Below are positions 8,031 to 17,288 of a DNA stretch of 48,601 bases, piece by piece. Each line of letters starts with the position of its first letter. Positions within the stretch are counted from its first letter, which is position 1. The translations under genes were made by a program, and so were the position numbers. The stretch is from Bacteroidota bacterium. Its GTDB lineage: Bacteria > Bacteroidota > Ignavibacteria > Kapaibacteriales > UBA961. Where the stretch lies: positions 1-48,601 of the forward strand of contig JBPOHH010000515.1 in the NCBI GenBank assembly GCA_052035765.1, given 5' to 3'. The notes under the pieces were generated by a model. The model had not been told where the DNA came from. It was given only the letters and a program-made list of their open reading frames with translations, and did no database searches.

Positions 8031-9434
8031 TTAGTTGCTTTTCACTGTTGGTAAACCTGCTTCGCGCCATGCACCGATACCACCGATGAGATTATAAATA
8101 TTCGTAATTCCTGCGCGAAGTAAAACGCTGCTTGCGATACTTGAGCGGTCACCGCCGGCGCATTGAATCACTACATTCCCCGTACGAGGCACTTCATCGA
8201 GTCTGTCTGAAAGATACCCGGCATGGATATGCTGCGCGCCGTCGATATGCCCGTCTTTGAATTCGCTCGTCGCACGCACGTCGAGCACCGTATAGGTTGG
8301 GTCACCGAGATGCACGGCGAGTTCTTTTGCGCTCATCTGCCGCAATGACTCGAGTTCACCGCCAAGCGCGGTCCATTCTTCAATATCGGAAAAATACCCT
8401 TGTACATTGTCTAACCCTATACGAATCAACTTATTGGTAATTTCAGCAATAGACTTTTCGGCCGCGATGACGACAAATGGTTTGTCATACTCGAGCATCC
8501 ATCCGGCCCACGTACTAAAGGCATTATTATCCTGAATATTCAGTGCGCCGGGGATATGCCCGTCGGCAAAGATGTATTTATTGCGTGTATCGACGATAGT
8601 CACGCCGTTTCGAAAGGCAACTTCCATTTCCTCAGGACTCAGACGATGGGGGAAAAAGCCGTCACCGAGGATCGGCGGACCTTGTTTATTGAGCTTTTTC
8701 ATCATCGCAAAATACTTCGGCGGCTCGGGTTGACCGGAAAGGAGTTCGGCGACAAAGGCATCTTCATTGTCATATTGCAGCGCCCAATTGGAGATTTTTT
8801 CATACCCGACAGTGCTGCTTGGTACTGCGCCGAGAGCTTTCCCGCAGGCAGAACCGGCACCGTGTCCGCTCCATAACTGAATATAATCCGGCAATTGCTT
8901 AAATCGTTGTAAAGATTGATACATCTGTCGGGCACCGGCGTCCATGGTGCCGACAACACCGGCTGCTTTTTCGAGTAAATCTGGACGACCGACATCGCCG
9001 ACAAAGACAAAGTCGCCGCTAAAAAACATCACCGGTTTGCTCGACGCAGGATTATCGGTCAGCAGAAAACAGATATGTTCGGGAGTATGCCCGGGTGTAT
9101 GGAGCACTTCGACAGTGAGATTGCCAATCTGAAATTGGGAACCGTCGTGGAGGGGTGTATGAGGGAATTGATACTGCCAGTCAGCGCCTCCCTCGTCCGA
9201 GAGGAGGAGTTCAGCACCGGTTCTATCGGCGAGCTCGCGGGCACCGCTGAGAAAATCGGCATGAATATGTGTTTCGGTGACATGCGTGATAGTGAGCTTT
9301 TCCTGCTTGGCAATCTGAAGATATGTTTCAATATCCCGCTTGGGGTCAATAACGAGTGCGGTGCCGCTTTTCTGGCAACCAACAACATAACTCGATTGCG
9401 CAAGTCCTTTTTCGTAAATATGTTGAAAGAACAT
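8031..9434 (-). CDS. Persulfide dioxygenase (MBL fold) fused to two rhodanese domains (CstB-like architecture)
   Basis: 467 aa. MBL metal motif THIHADF plus HTPGHTPEH. The first rhodanese-like domain has no active-site Cys (PFVVIAAEKS). The second has the catalytic loop IQCAGGDRS. Confidence 0.85.
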   Translation of the reverse strand: MFFQHIYEKGLAQSSYVVGCQKSGTALVIDPKRDIETYLQIAKQEKLTITHVTETHIHADFLSGARELADRTGAELLLSDEGGADWQYQFPHTPLHDGSQFQIGNLTVEVLHTPGHTPEHICFLLTDNPASSKPVMFFSGDFVFVGDVGRPDLLEKAAGVVGTMDAGARQMYQSLQRFKQLPDYIQLWSGHGAGSACGKALGAVPSSTVGYEKISNWALQYDNEDAFVAELLSGQPEPPKYFAMMKKLNKQGPPILGDGFFPHRLSPEEMEVAFRNGVTIVDTRNKYIFADGHIPGALNIQDNNAFSTWAGWMLEYDKPFVVIAAEKSIAEITNKLIRIGLDNVQGYFSDIEEWTALGGELESLRQMSAKELAVHLGDPTYTVLDVRATSEFKDGHIDGAQHIHAGYLSDRLDEVPRTGNVVIQCAGGDRSSIASSVLLRAGITNIYNLIGGIGAWREAGLPTVKSN

Positions 9435-9717
9435 AATGTTTCACTTTCGTTGAACGATTCATAATTATTGATGAGTTTTACCACAACTCTTGAGGACGAC
9501 TTTCCACAGAAAGGAAGGCAAGACCTGAAGATGTTCGCCGCTTGAAGAGCGGCGCAAAATTACGCTTAATTCACGAAAAATTGAACATTTTGAGAATTTT
9601 CATTTACCAATATGATTCTTTTATTTAATTTGCACCCTGAAACTGTTAAGGTGCTTCTACTCGAAATAAAGTAACGTTATTTCGTAGATAATCTGTGTTA
9701 CTCCAAAGGATGTTTTG

Positions 9718-10824
9718 ATGAAGAAAATTTTGATTATCGAAGATGAACCCTACATTCGTGAGGGAACTGCTTTATTACTGGAAGACCAAGGATTTGAGCC
9801 AATTACAGCAGAGGATGGTTCAATCGGAATTGAAATGGCACTCAAGCATAAGCCCGATTTGATTATTTGTGATGTCATGATGCCGAACATTGACGGCTAC
9901 GGCGTGCTCTACAAGCTCAGACAGGAGCCGGAAACTGCCCACATTCCATTTATTTTCCTTACGGCTAAAATCGATCGCACCAGTACGCGGATGGGAATGA
10001 ATCTTGGTGCAGACGATTATCTGACCAAGCCGTTCACTCTCGATGAGCTTCTCAGTGCAGTCAACGCCCGAATTGTAAAACAAGAGCAGATTGAGCGTCA
10101 TGCTGAGGAAAAGCTTGAGAATCTCCGTAAGAACATCATCTATTCCCTTCCCCATGAGTTGATGACCCCACTTAATGGTATTCTCGGTCCAATTGAACTA
10201 TTGTCGCAGATGTATGATTCTTTTTCGAAAGAAGAAACATTAGAAATGATTTCGATGATTCGCAAGTCAGGTGACCGTCTCCATAGGTTAGTACAGAATT
10301 ACCTACTCTATGCACAGCTCGACCTCGTCTCATCTAATTCCAATGCTGTCAAAGGAATGCGGGAATGCACAACGTCCGAAGGATTATCTACAATCGAATA
10401 TGCTGCTCAATATATCGCTAATACTTACGAAAGGACATCCGACTTTCACTTCAAAGGTATCAATGACAGTTTACTATTTTTAATCGATCAGGAGCATTTA
10501 TACAAAATCATTACCGAGCTGACGGACAATGCATTTAAATTTTCAAATCCTGAAACACCTGTCAATGTCAATTGCAGTAAAAAAGGTGATTTTTGTTGGA
10601 TTGAAGTGACTGATTCGGGTAGAGGTCTTACGCGGTCGGCAATTGAGTCAATTGGTGCGTATATGCAGTTTGAACGTAGGATTTTTGAACAGCAGGGTAC
10701 CGGTTTCGGGCTGATTATTGCGAAAAGACTCATAGAGCTTCATGGAGGTGAATTAATCATAGACTCTACGCCCAATATACTGACGAGCGTGAAATTCTCA
10801 CTACCGGTCAAGCATGTGAATTAA
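9718..10824 (+). CDS. Receiver-first histidine kinase (REC-HisKA-HATPase)
   Basis: The track ORF starts at TTG 9715, and the ATG follows immediately at 9718. REC: KILIIEDE...DLIICDVMMPNIDG...LTKPF. H-box SLPHELMTPLNGILG. ATP-binding boxes DNAFKFS, DSGRGL and GTGFGL. Confidence 0.88.
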   Translation: MKKILIIEDEPYIREGTALLLEDQGFEPITAEDGSIGIEMALKHKPDLIICDVMMPNIDGYGVLYKLRQEPETAHIPFIFLTAKIDRTSTRMGMNLGADDYLTKPFTLDELLSAVNARIVKQEQIERHAEEKLENLRKNIIYSLPHELMTPLNGILGPIELLSQMYDSFSKEETLEMISMIRKSGDRLHRLVQNYLLYAQLDLVSSNSNAVKGMRECTTSEGLSTIEYAAQYIANTYERTSDFHFKGINDSLLFLIDQEHLYKIITELTDNAFKFSNPETPVNVNCSKKGDFCWIEVTDSGRGLTRSAIESIGAYMQFERRIFEQQGTGFGLIIAKRLIELHGGELIIDSTPNILTSVKFSLPVKHVN

Positions 10825-10835
10825 TCCTCGGCCGG

Positions 10836-12359
10836 TTACTTTTTCTTCAGCATAATTTTTATCATTCGCTTGATTTTTCGTAGCAGCACCTTAATCAGCC
10901 GGGCCAGCGGAATTCTTGTCGTGCTTCCGCCTTTTTTTTGCATCATTTTAGAAAGTTGAATTTCATCTTTTTCCGAAAGTTCAATTTTTTGATGCGCTAC
11001 ATCTCCCCCTTCTTTGACCATCTGATCGAGTAAGTGTTCGAGTTCTTTAGCTTTAATCTGCAAATCTTCCGAATCTATACCATGGTGCTCGGCCATCATT
11101 TCCAGATGATCGGAGAGCAAGGCGGCTTTTTTCATGTCTTCAATCGTCGGTTCATTCGTAATTACTTCGAGCATTTCTACCGTAAGATCATGCAATTCTT
11201 TGGCTTTATCCGGTGTCAGATGAAAGACGTCTTCCGGATTTAAGTCGTTGACTTGTATGAATGTTGTCGAAATTTGCTCAATTTCCCGCCCATACGTCTC
11301 CCCTACTTTTTTACCGATTCTCTCCGTCAGCGAATTAATCTGTTTTGCCAAATGCCCCATTTCACTACGGATGAGATTTTTTCGTGATTCTGTGCCGGCA
11401 GTTTGCAATTGATGTTCCAGGTCGCGGAGCTTCTGCTGCAGCATACGACCCGTCTTAGCATCCTCTGCAGTACTTGTCAGTATTAAGTTCTTGATAAATT
11501 TAGCATCCGGAGCAATCGTCGCCGAACCTATTTTCACGGTATTAATCGTGATTTTATCTCCCATCATAGGAATAATTTTTTCAAGATTGATATGTGCAGC
11601 ACCATCGGTGATAACGAGGATTTCTGCCTCTGCCATCGTACTGGCAGTATGAATATCTGCTATAGCGACCGATATCGCTTTTTCAAGAGCCGTGCCCCGA
11701 CCGAGCGCGCGGACATGCATCAACTCGCTGATTAGATGTTCGAAATCACCCATATTACTTGCCTCATGCAGCTTACCAATCTCGGCATCAAATGTCCTGA
11801 AATAGACTGTTCCAAGTTCTTTCATATTCTGACGGAGGAAGAAAAATGCGATCGCTTTTGCAAGATGTATCCGGTATGCATCCTGCATGGATTTCGATGT
11901 ATCGAAGAGGAGATATACTTTTTGCTTGCGGCTATCGGGTGCGAACTGATCGCTCTCTGCCTGATAGCGATAATTACGTGGAGCTTTGGGCTTGGGCAGC
12001 CAGAGGGAACGTTCGACGAGTTTTTGGTAAAAGACTTCTTCCGGTAAGAGAAACTGATGCGGATAAATCCTTGCTATATCACGGTAGCTGTCAATGAGGG
12101 CAGCTTCGTATTCTTCGGCAGCCGGAAGATGGGGAATTATTTCTTTTTCCGGGCTGTTTTCGGGCGGTGTATCGTCTGATTTATTAAAGAGAATTGGAGC
12201 TAAATGCTTGGACAGCGGCTTGGTCTCATCTTCTAAAATTCTTGCTATTTCAAAGACTAAGGTAAATTCTTCCGGCAGGCGGGACTCAATAGCATCAAAA
12301 AAACCAAACTCATCCATTCGGCTGAAAAACGTACTTTGGGTAGCAAATTGATGCGACAT
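10836..12359 (-). CDS. von Willebrand factor A (vWA) domain protein with a C-terminal coiled-coil and basic tail
   Basis: 507 aa. MIDAS-type DxSxS in VYLLFDTSKSM, followed by GRGTALEKAI and ILVITDGAAH. The C-terminal roughly 200 aa are E/K/L/Q-rich heptad-like sequence ending in RIPLARLIKVLLRKIKRMIKIMLKKK. There is no signal peptide. Confidence 0.7.
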   Translation of the reverse strand: MSHQFATQSTFFSRMDEFGFFDAIESRLPEEFTLVFEIARILEDETKPLSKHLAPILFNKSDDTPPENSPEKEIIPHLPAAEEYEAALIDSYRDIARIYPHQFLLPEEVFYQKLVERSLWLPKPKAPRNYRYQAESDQFAPDSRKQKVYLLFDTSKSMQDAYRIHLAKAIAFFFLRQNMKELGTVYFRTFDAEIGKLHEASNMGDFEHLISELMHVRALGRGTALEKAISVAIADIHTASTMAEAEILVITDGAAHINLEKIIPMMGDKITINTVKIGSATIAPDAKFIKNLILTSTAEDAKTGRMLQQKLRDLEHQLQTAGTESRKNLIRSEMGHLAKQINSLTERIGKKVGETYGREIEQISTTFIQVNDLNPEDVFHLTPDKAKELHDLTVEMLEVITNEPTIEDMKKAALLSDHLEMMAEHHGIDSEDLQIKAKELEHLLDQMVKEGGDVAHQKIELSEKDEIQLSKMMQKKGGSTTRIPLARLIKVLLRKIKRMIKIMLKKK

Positions 12360-12400
12360 TTGTCCTCCCCCTCACTACAGATAGTAATATAAAATAACCA

Positions 12401-12883
12401 TCATATCCAGCCCTGTGTTTTGCGTAAAGTTGTTATCTGACTGACATGATTAATTCCATGCCGTGCATACCCGTCGATGAGTCGCTCAAGCGTCACTTGC
12501 CCGTCATCAAGATGAGTACCGATGCGGGAGAGGTCTTCATCGGTGAGATGGTCGAGCAAAACGCCCCATTTTACATGCAGCCCCCGTAGGATATCGAGTG
12601 AGTAGCAGATAGGCAATTGCTTACCATCCGGTAGATTGGCCCATAAATCCTGGTTATAGGGTTTGAGAATAGGATTATCCTCTGTGAGCACGAGCTTCAT
12701 TCGTATAAGAGCATTAGCGTGAGAATCTGCTAAATGGTGTACGACTTGTCGAACCGTCCACCCACCTGTTCGATAGGGAGTATCGAGCTGTTCGTCCGAT
12801 AATCCATCGAGAGCAGATGTAAGAAGCGCAGGAAGTGAGCGTATATGCTCTATAGAAGACAGGGTTTTAGCTTTTGTAATCAT
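12401..12883 (-). CDS. DinB/YfiT-family metal-dependent protein (putative bacillithiol-type S-transferase)
   Basis: 160 aa. WTVRQVVHHLADSHANALIRMKL ... YARHGINHVSQI matches the YfiT/DinB_2 His-triad pattern. Confidence 0.75.
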   Translation of the reverse strand: MITKAKTLSSIEHIRSLPALLTSALDGLSDEQLDTPYRTGGWTVRQVVHHLADSHANALIRMKLVLTEDNPILKPYNQDLWANLPDGKQLPICYSLDILRGLHVKWGVLLDHLTDEDLSRIGTHLDDGQVTLERLIDGYARHGINHVSQITTLRKTQGWI

Positions 12884-12997
12884 AACTCTCTACAAATCAA
12901 AAATGCAACTGAATATCAGAACGGTTGGATTGAGCGTGTCTGACGCCTTTCGTCAATCATCTTCTCTATCCAACCGTGCTGCTATTGTAAACCATTG

Positions 12998-13705
12998 TCA
13001 TTTCATATTATGGTACACCACTTGTACATCTTCATCATCCTCAATTTTCTCGATAAGAGTATTGATGATTTCTTGTTGATCTTCTGGTAATTCTACCGTA
13101 TTGGTAGGAATTCGTTGGATGTCTGCACTTGTAACGGCGATGCCACGCTCTTCGAGAGCTCTCTGCATGCCGATAAAATCTGCATACTGCGTATAAATAT
13201 AGATTTCACCTTCGTCTTCGACGATATCTTCAGCACCGAAATCGATGAGTTCGAGCTCGAGGTCTTCGAGATTAACTCCTTCAGAACTCAGCACAAACAC
13301 ACCTTTTCTTTCAAACATAAAATCAAGTGCTCCCGAGGTGGACAGACTACCGCCTACTTTGGTCAGGTAATGGCGGATATTTGCTACTGATCGGGTAGCA
13401 TTATCGGTAGCACACTCCATCACAATCGCAATACCAAAGGGTCCATACCCTTCGTAAACAATTTCCTGAAAATCTGCTTCATCTCTGCTTGATGCACGCT
13501 TGATAGCAGCTTCGATACGATCTTTGGGCATGTTGACGCCTTTGGCATTTTGAATAGCCACACGTAACCGTGGGTTGCCGGCAGGATCAGGCCCGCTGAG
13601 TTTTACGGATATTGCAATTTCTTTTCCCAGTCTGGTAAATGCTTTCGACATTTTTCCCCACCGTTTTTCTTTTCTTCCCCGGCGTAATTCAAACGCTCTT
13701 CCCAT
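12998..13705 (-). CDS. yebC: YebC/PmpR family DNA-binding transcriptional regulator
   Basis: 235 aa. MGRAFELRRGRKEKRWGKMSKAFTRLGKEI, AIQNAKGVNMPKD and YEGYGPFGIAI are family hallmarks. Confidence 0.9.
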   Translation of the reverse strand: MGRAFELRRGRKEKRWGKMSKAFTRLGKEIAISVKLSGPDPAGNPRLRVAIQNAKGVNMPKDRIEAAIKRASSRDEADFQEIVYEGYGPFGIAIVMECATDNATRSVANIRHYLTKVGGSLSTSGALDFMFERKGVFVLSSEGVNLEDLELELIDFGAEDIVEDEGEIYIYTQYADFIGMQRALEERGIAVTSADIQRIPTNTVELPEDQQEIINTLIEKIEDDEDVQVVYHNMK

Positions 13706-13758
13706 AATGTAAGTCCTGAATTAATAATACAATAAGTTGTTATGTTGTGTATGTGCGG

Positions 13759-14577
13759 TTATTCCTTCAATGCCCCGGCTGTCAATCCCTGGATAATACG
13801 TTTATGAAAAAAAGCAAACATCACTAATATCGGCAGCGCCGATATACTGGCGCCTGCCATGAGATGTCCCCAATCGATAGATTGCTTTCCAAGATAAAAT
13901 GCAAGACCAACAGGAAGCGTTCGCATCGATTCCTCATTGGTAAACAAAAACGGAAACAAAAAGGAATTCCAATTACTTAAGAAAATGTACAATGCCAAAA
14001 CAGTAAGAATCGGCTTGCAGAGCGGCAGGACAATTCTCCAAAGAATGAACCACTCACCTGCTCCATCAATTCGGGCTGCATCCTCTATCTCGTATGGTAA
14101 CCCCTGAATATACTGACGGACTAAAAAGACACCAAGCGGTGTCACAAGCCAAGGTACAACAAGTGCAAAATACGAATTTATCCAACCAAATTCGACGATT
14201 AACCGATAAAGTGGTATCATGATGACCTGTTGAGGTATCATCATTACACCAAGAATTGTGGCAAACAATAGCTTTTTTGCAAAGAATGTACGTCGTGCCA
14301 ATGCGTAGCCCACCCAAAGGCAACATATTATATTTCCAATAGTTACGAGTGTTGCGACGATTGTTGAATTCAAGAAATACCTACCAAAGGCATCCGAATC
14401 CATCGCATCGGTATAATTAACGAGGGACATCGGAGCGGCAATGAGATCATACATCGTCGGATAGCTCTCCGGATGCTGGTGTAAAGAAAGAATCAGCATC
14501 CATGCCATAGGAGCAAGCATACCGAGAGCGATCAAGCCAAGAATAAGATACAGTGCAATGTTTCTGATTGAATGCAT
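13759..14577 (-). CDS. Carbohydrate-type ABC transporter permease (MalG/UgpE-like), with no partner genes
   Basis: The track ORF 13759..14649 is trimmed to ATG 14577 (MHSIRNIALYLILG). The longer form would overlap the upstream gene by 68 nt. It has 6 predicted TM segments and the EAA loop EIEDAARIDGAGEWFILWRIVLP. Confidence 0.85.
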   Translation of the reverse strand: MHSIRNIALYLILGLIALGMLAPMAWMLILSLHQHPESYPTMYDLIAAPMSLVNYTDAMDSDAFGRYFLNSTIVATLVTIGNIICCLWVGYALARRTFFAKKLLFATILGVMMIPQQVIMIPLYRLIVEFGWINSYFALVVPWLVTPLGVFLVRQYIQGLPYEIEDAARIDGAGEWFILWRIVLPLCKPILTVLALYIFLSNWNSFLFPFLFTNEESMRTLPVGLAFYLGKQSIDWGHLMAGASISALPILVMFAFFHKRIIQGLTAGALKE

Positions 14578-14581
14578 GGAA

Positions 14582-17032
14582 TTACGCAAGTAGGTGAGGT
14601 AACGGCTGCTGAGCATTGTTTTTAAGTACAACCAAAGTAATATCATCATGTTGCTTCGCTTTGCCGATGAAGGACTCTACATCCCTGACTATCGTCTGCA
14701 ATACGGCAAGTGAATCGGAAGAATTCTTGTTGGCTGATTGAATGAGCCGGTCGAGTTCAAACTCTTCGCCCGATAAATTCACTGCTTCCGTCACGCCGTC
14801 TGTATAGAGTATTAAAGCATCACCTGCATCTAATTGTACGCTATGATTAGTAGTAGCTTGGTTAAAGACGAGCCCGCTGTCGAGCCCGAGCGCGAGCCCG
14901 CGAGCTACCAAAGGAGAGGTCTGACCATCGGCTTTGCGATGGAGGATCGGATTATGTCCCGCTTGAGCATAGGTAAACTCCATGGTTTGAGTGTTACATA
15001 CTCCATAGATGAGAGAAATAAACTTCCCACGTTCCATCGTATCGTAGAGCAGTTTATTGACCTTACAAAGGACATCTGCCGGTGAAAGCGACTGCTGAAT
15101 CTGCGATACAATCACTCCTTTGGCAAGAGTAATATAAAACGCAGCCGACATCCCTTTACCGGACACATCGCCTATGAGAATACCAAGATGTGATTCGTCC
15201 AACGGAAAAAAATCATAATAATCCCCGCCTACTTCAAACGCCGGAATACATGTAGCAGCTACATCCAATTGCGGATAGACCGGCATCTTCGACGGCAGCA
15301 GCTTACGCTGCACTACCTGCGCTGCATTGAGCTCATCGCGCAGTCGCTTTTCTTCTTCAATCTTATAGAGATACTCCGGCTTGTAGTCCTGCTCATGTAC
15401 TTTTTCGGGAGAATGGAGATAGCCAATGATACCGGGCACAATCAGAACGCCGATGATCATAAAAAACAATACCTGAATCCAGGCAAATTCTACTGATAAT
15501 GGTAAAAAAAAGAGGATACCCTGCAGGAGTGCCAGAACGGAAATTCCCAATACATCTGTATAGTAAAACAAAACAACATACGATATACCTAACACGCAGC
15601 CATACATCAACATCGGCAAAGACGGCTCTGTCTGTACTCCTGACAACAACCCAAAACATACCATACTCCCGAGCAAAACACCCCAAATTCTCCTCTTCGG
15701 CGAAAGAAATCGATAACTTATGGCCGATGGAATAAGACTAATGGCAAGACTCACGATTGGTACAAAAAACAGTGCCGCAGAAAGTAGTATAATCGGGTTC
15801 TGCAAAAGTGAAAAGAATGAACCGTTAAAAATTGTCGCTTTCAAAGACGAATCATATCCTAACGCACTACATAGCCAATAGAGTACGGGAAACACACATT
15901 CTGTAATCAACGTAAGTGCAATTCCCAATACTATACTTCTTCCGGTAAAATGGGACTTCCATGGTGAATCCGAGATTCTTCGCAGCGTATAGAATTTTTC
16001 GGGGAACTGCTCTAACGCAAGCGATACCACCCCGCCAAGCGGCATTCCCCCAAGCAAAAATCCTATAAAAATGAACGTCGAAATAGTAATTAAGAGTATT
16101 GCCGTAAGGGATAATCCACCGGAGAAAGACAGGGAAACGGATACGAAATATATCGTCAACGCCACACTTACCATCAATGTAAATATTATACTTACAGCTT
16201 TTTTTCTCAGCTGCATTATAAATACTCCAATAAACCCTATCAATACAAGCACAACGACAACCGCGACTCCCCCACGAAAGGCAGAATACTGATTCTCAGG
16301 CCGTACAGACTTAGCAATTGCCACATATTCTTTTTCCCATCCAATGAGTACATAACGGGAGTCCTGTACATCCGGTATCAACGCCGTAAGATGAATTTTT
16401 TCAATATGATACGGATGACGCTCGACGGTAGCGACGAAGGAAAATCCGTGTTCTGTGGTCTCCGGAGCCCAGAGGAGAGTGCCCGTTTGGTATGTGGGTG
16501 GAAGAAAGGCAAGCAATACCGTCAGAAGACGCGATGTATCTTGCTGAAGTAAAGAAATATCGAATTGAACTCTTTTTTCCAATGCCTCTACACTGCCGTC
16601 GAGCGCGAGCTCAATCTTGGCATAATGCTGTCGAAGAGGATTTCTGTTTTTTTTGGTAATAGATTGTCCGGTCGTTATTCTGAAATTAACTTCTTCATCG
16701 ATATTCTTTTGAATACTATAGACCCGTGTGATGTATGGCAAGTGATGCGATTCAAAGTACTCTTTTGCTTTAAAGGTACCCAGAGTGTCTACCAATCCTG
16801 AAACTAGTTCTTCATTATAATTCGGTCTCGGAACAACCCGTACCGAATCCTTTGATACACCTATTTCACGAATAAGACTGTCGACGGTATGATAGTTTGA
16901 GCTGGCAGGAGTAGCAACGAAACTTGGAATAGGCCAGTAAGGAGTCAGTAAAAAATAGACACCAAGAGACACAATTCCTGCAATAAGGAGTAGTATATCC
17001 GATCTTCGCCTTTTCAGAGGGAAATAATGCAT
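14582..17032 (-). CDS. Polytopic membrane PP2C-type (SpoIIE/RsbU family) serine phosphatase
   Basis: 816 aa. It has an N-terminal TM segment plus an extracytoplasmic region of about 230 aa, then about 10 TM helices, then a PPM domain (GGDYYDFFPL, GILIGDVSGKGMSAAF, LILYTDGVTEA, QHDDITLVVL). Confidence 0.88.
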   Translation of the reverse strand: MHYFPLKRRRSDILLLIAGIVSLGVYFLLTPYWPIPSFVATPASSNYHTVDSLIREIGVSKDSVRVVPRPNYNEELVSGLVDTLGTFKAKEYFESHHLPYITRVYSIQKNIDEEVNFRITTGQSITKKNRNPLRQHYAKIELALDGSVEALEKRVQFDISLLQQDTSRLLTVLLAFLPPTYQTGTLLWAPETTEHGFSFVATVERHPYHIEKIHLTALIPDVQDSRYVLIGWEKEYVAIAKSVRPENQYSAFRGGVAVVVVLVLIGFIGVFIMQLRKKAVSIIFTLMVSVALTIYFVSVSLSFSGGLSLTAILLITISTFIFIGFLLGGMPLGGVVSLALEQFPEKFYTLRRISDSPWKSHFTGRSIVLGIALTLITECVFPVLYWLCSALGYDSSLKATIFNGSFFSLLQNPIILLSAALFFVPIVSLAISLIPSAISYRFLSPKRRIWGVLLGSMVCFGLLSGVQTEPSLPMLMYGCVLGISYVVLFYYTDVLGISVLALLQGILFFLPLSVEFAWIQVLFFMIIGVLIVPGIIGYLHSPEKVHEQDYKPEYLYKIEEEKRLRDELNAAQVVQRKLLPSKMPVYPQLDVAATCIPAFEVGGDYYDFFPLDESHLGILIGDVSGKGMSAAFYITLAKGVIVSQIQQSLSPADVLCKVNKLLYDTMERGKFISLIYGVCNTQTMEFTYAQAGHNPILHRKADGQTSPLVARGLALGLDSGLVFNQATTNHSVQLDAGDALILYTDGVTEAVNLSGEEFELDRLIQSANKNSSDSLAVLQTIVRDVESFIGKAKQHDDITLVVLKNNAQQPLPHLLA

Positions 17033-17056
17033 GGCACGTTACTGAGAATTTTTCTG

Positions 17057-17064
17057 CAAAAGTA
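17057..17064 (-). promoter_or_regulatory. Candidate FCB-type -7 box (TACTTTTG on the minus strand) upstream of the PP2C gene
   Basis: Plus strand caaaagta is TACTTTTG on the minus strand and fits TAnnTTTG. It ends 24 nt upstream of the ATG at 17032. A 12-bp perfect palindrome agaaatatttct lies just upstream at 17096..17107. Confidence 0.3.
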
Positions 17065-17288
17065 TAGTATTGAATTGAGGCATACAAGGGTTTTGAGAAA
17101 TATTTCTGAACTGTAGTTTTTTTGCTCTCCGGAGGGTAGAGGCATGCTCTCATTATCAGCGATTAACGAACTCCCCCGCTCGCCCGTCGGTCTTACTGCC
17201 TGCAATCAAATGGACGATGATTTAAGTAACGGGTCAAAGATTACTTCTATTCCGCCGCATTTCACTGATGATGTAAGTGGTTACGAGT

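Noticed and set aside
10836-12359. The vWA gene as part of a BatA-D / MoxR-vWA or vWA-MoxR-VMAP ternary system.
   Set aside because: No AAA+ MoxR, DUF58 or Bat-type TPR/TM partner genes are adjacent. The neighbours are a converging kinase gene and a DinB-family gene. It is kept only as an orphan vWA finding.
15504-16654. Two 8-nt homopolymers (A8 at 15504..15511 and T8 at 16647..16654) inside the PP2C gene, possibly phase-variation tracts.
   Set aside because: Runs of 8 in a moderately AT-rich genome are common. Similar runs occur in the vWA gene and in the 1145-aa kinase gene. The reading frame is intact, and there is no population data to suggest slippage.
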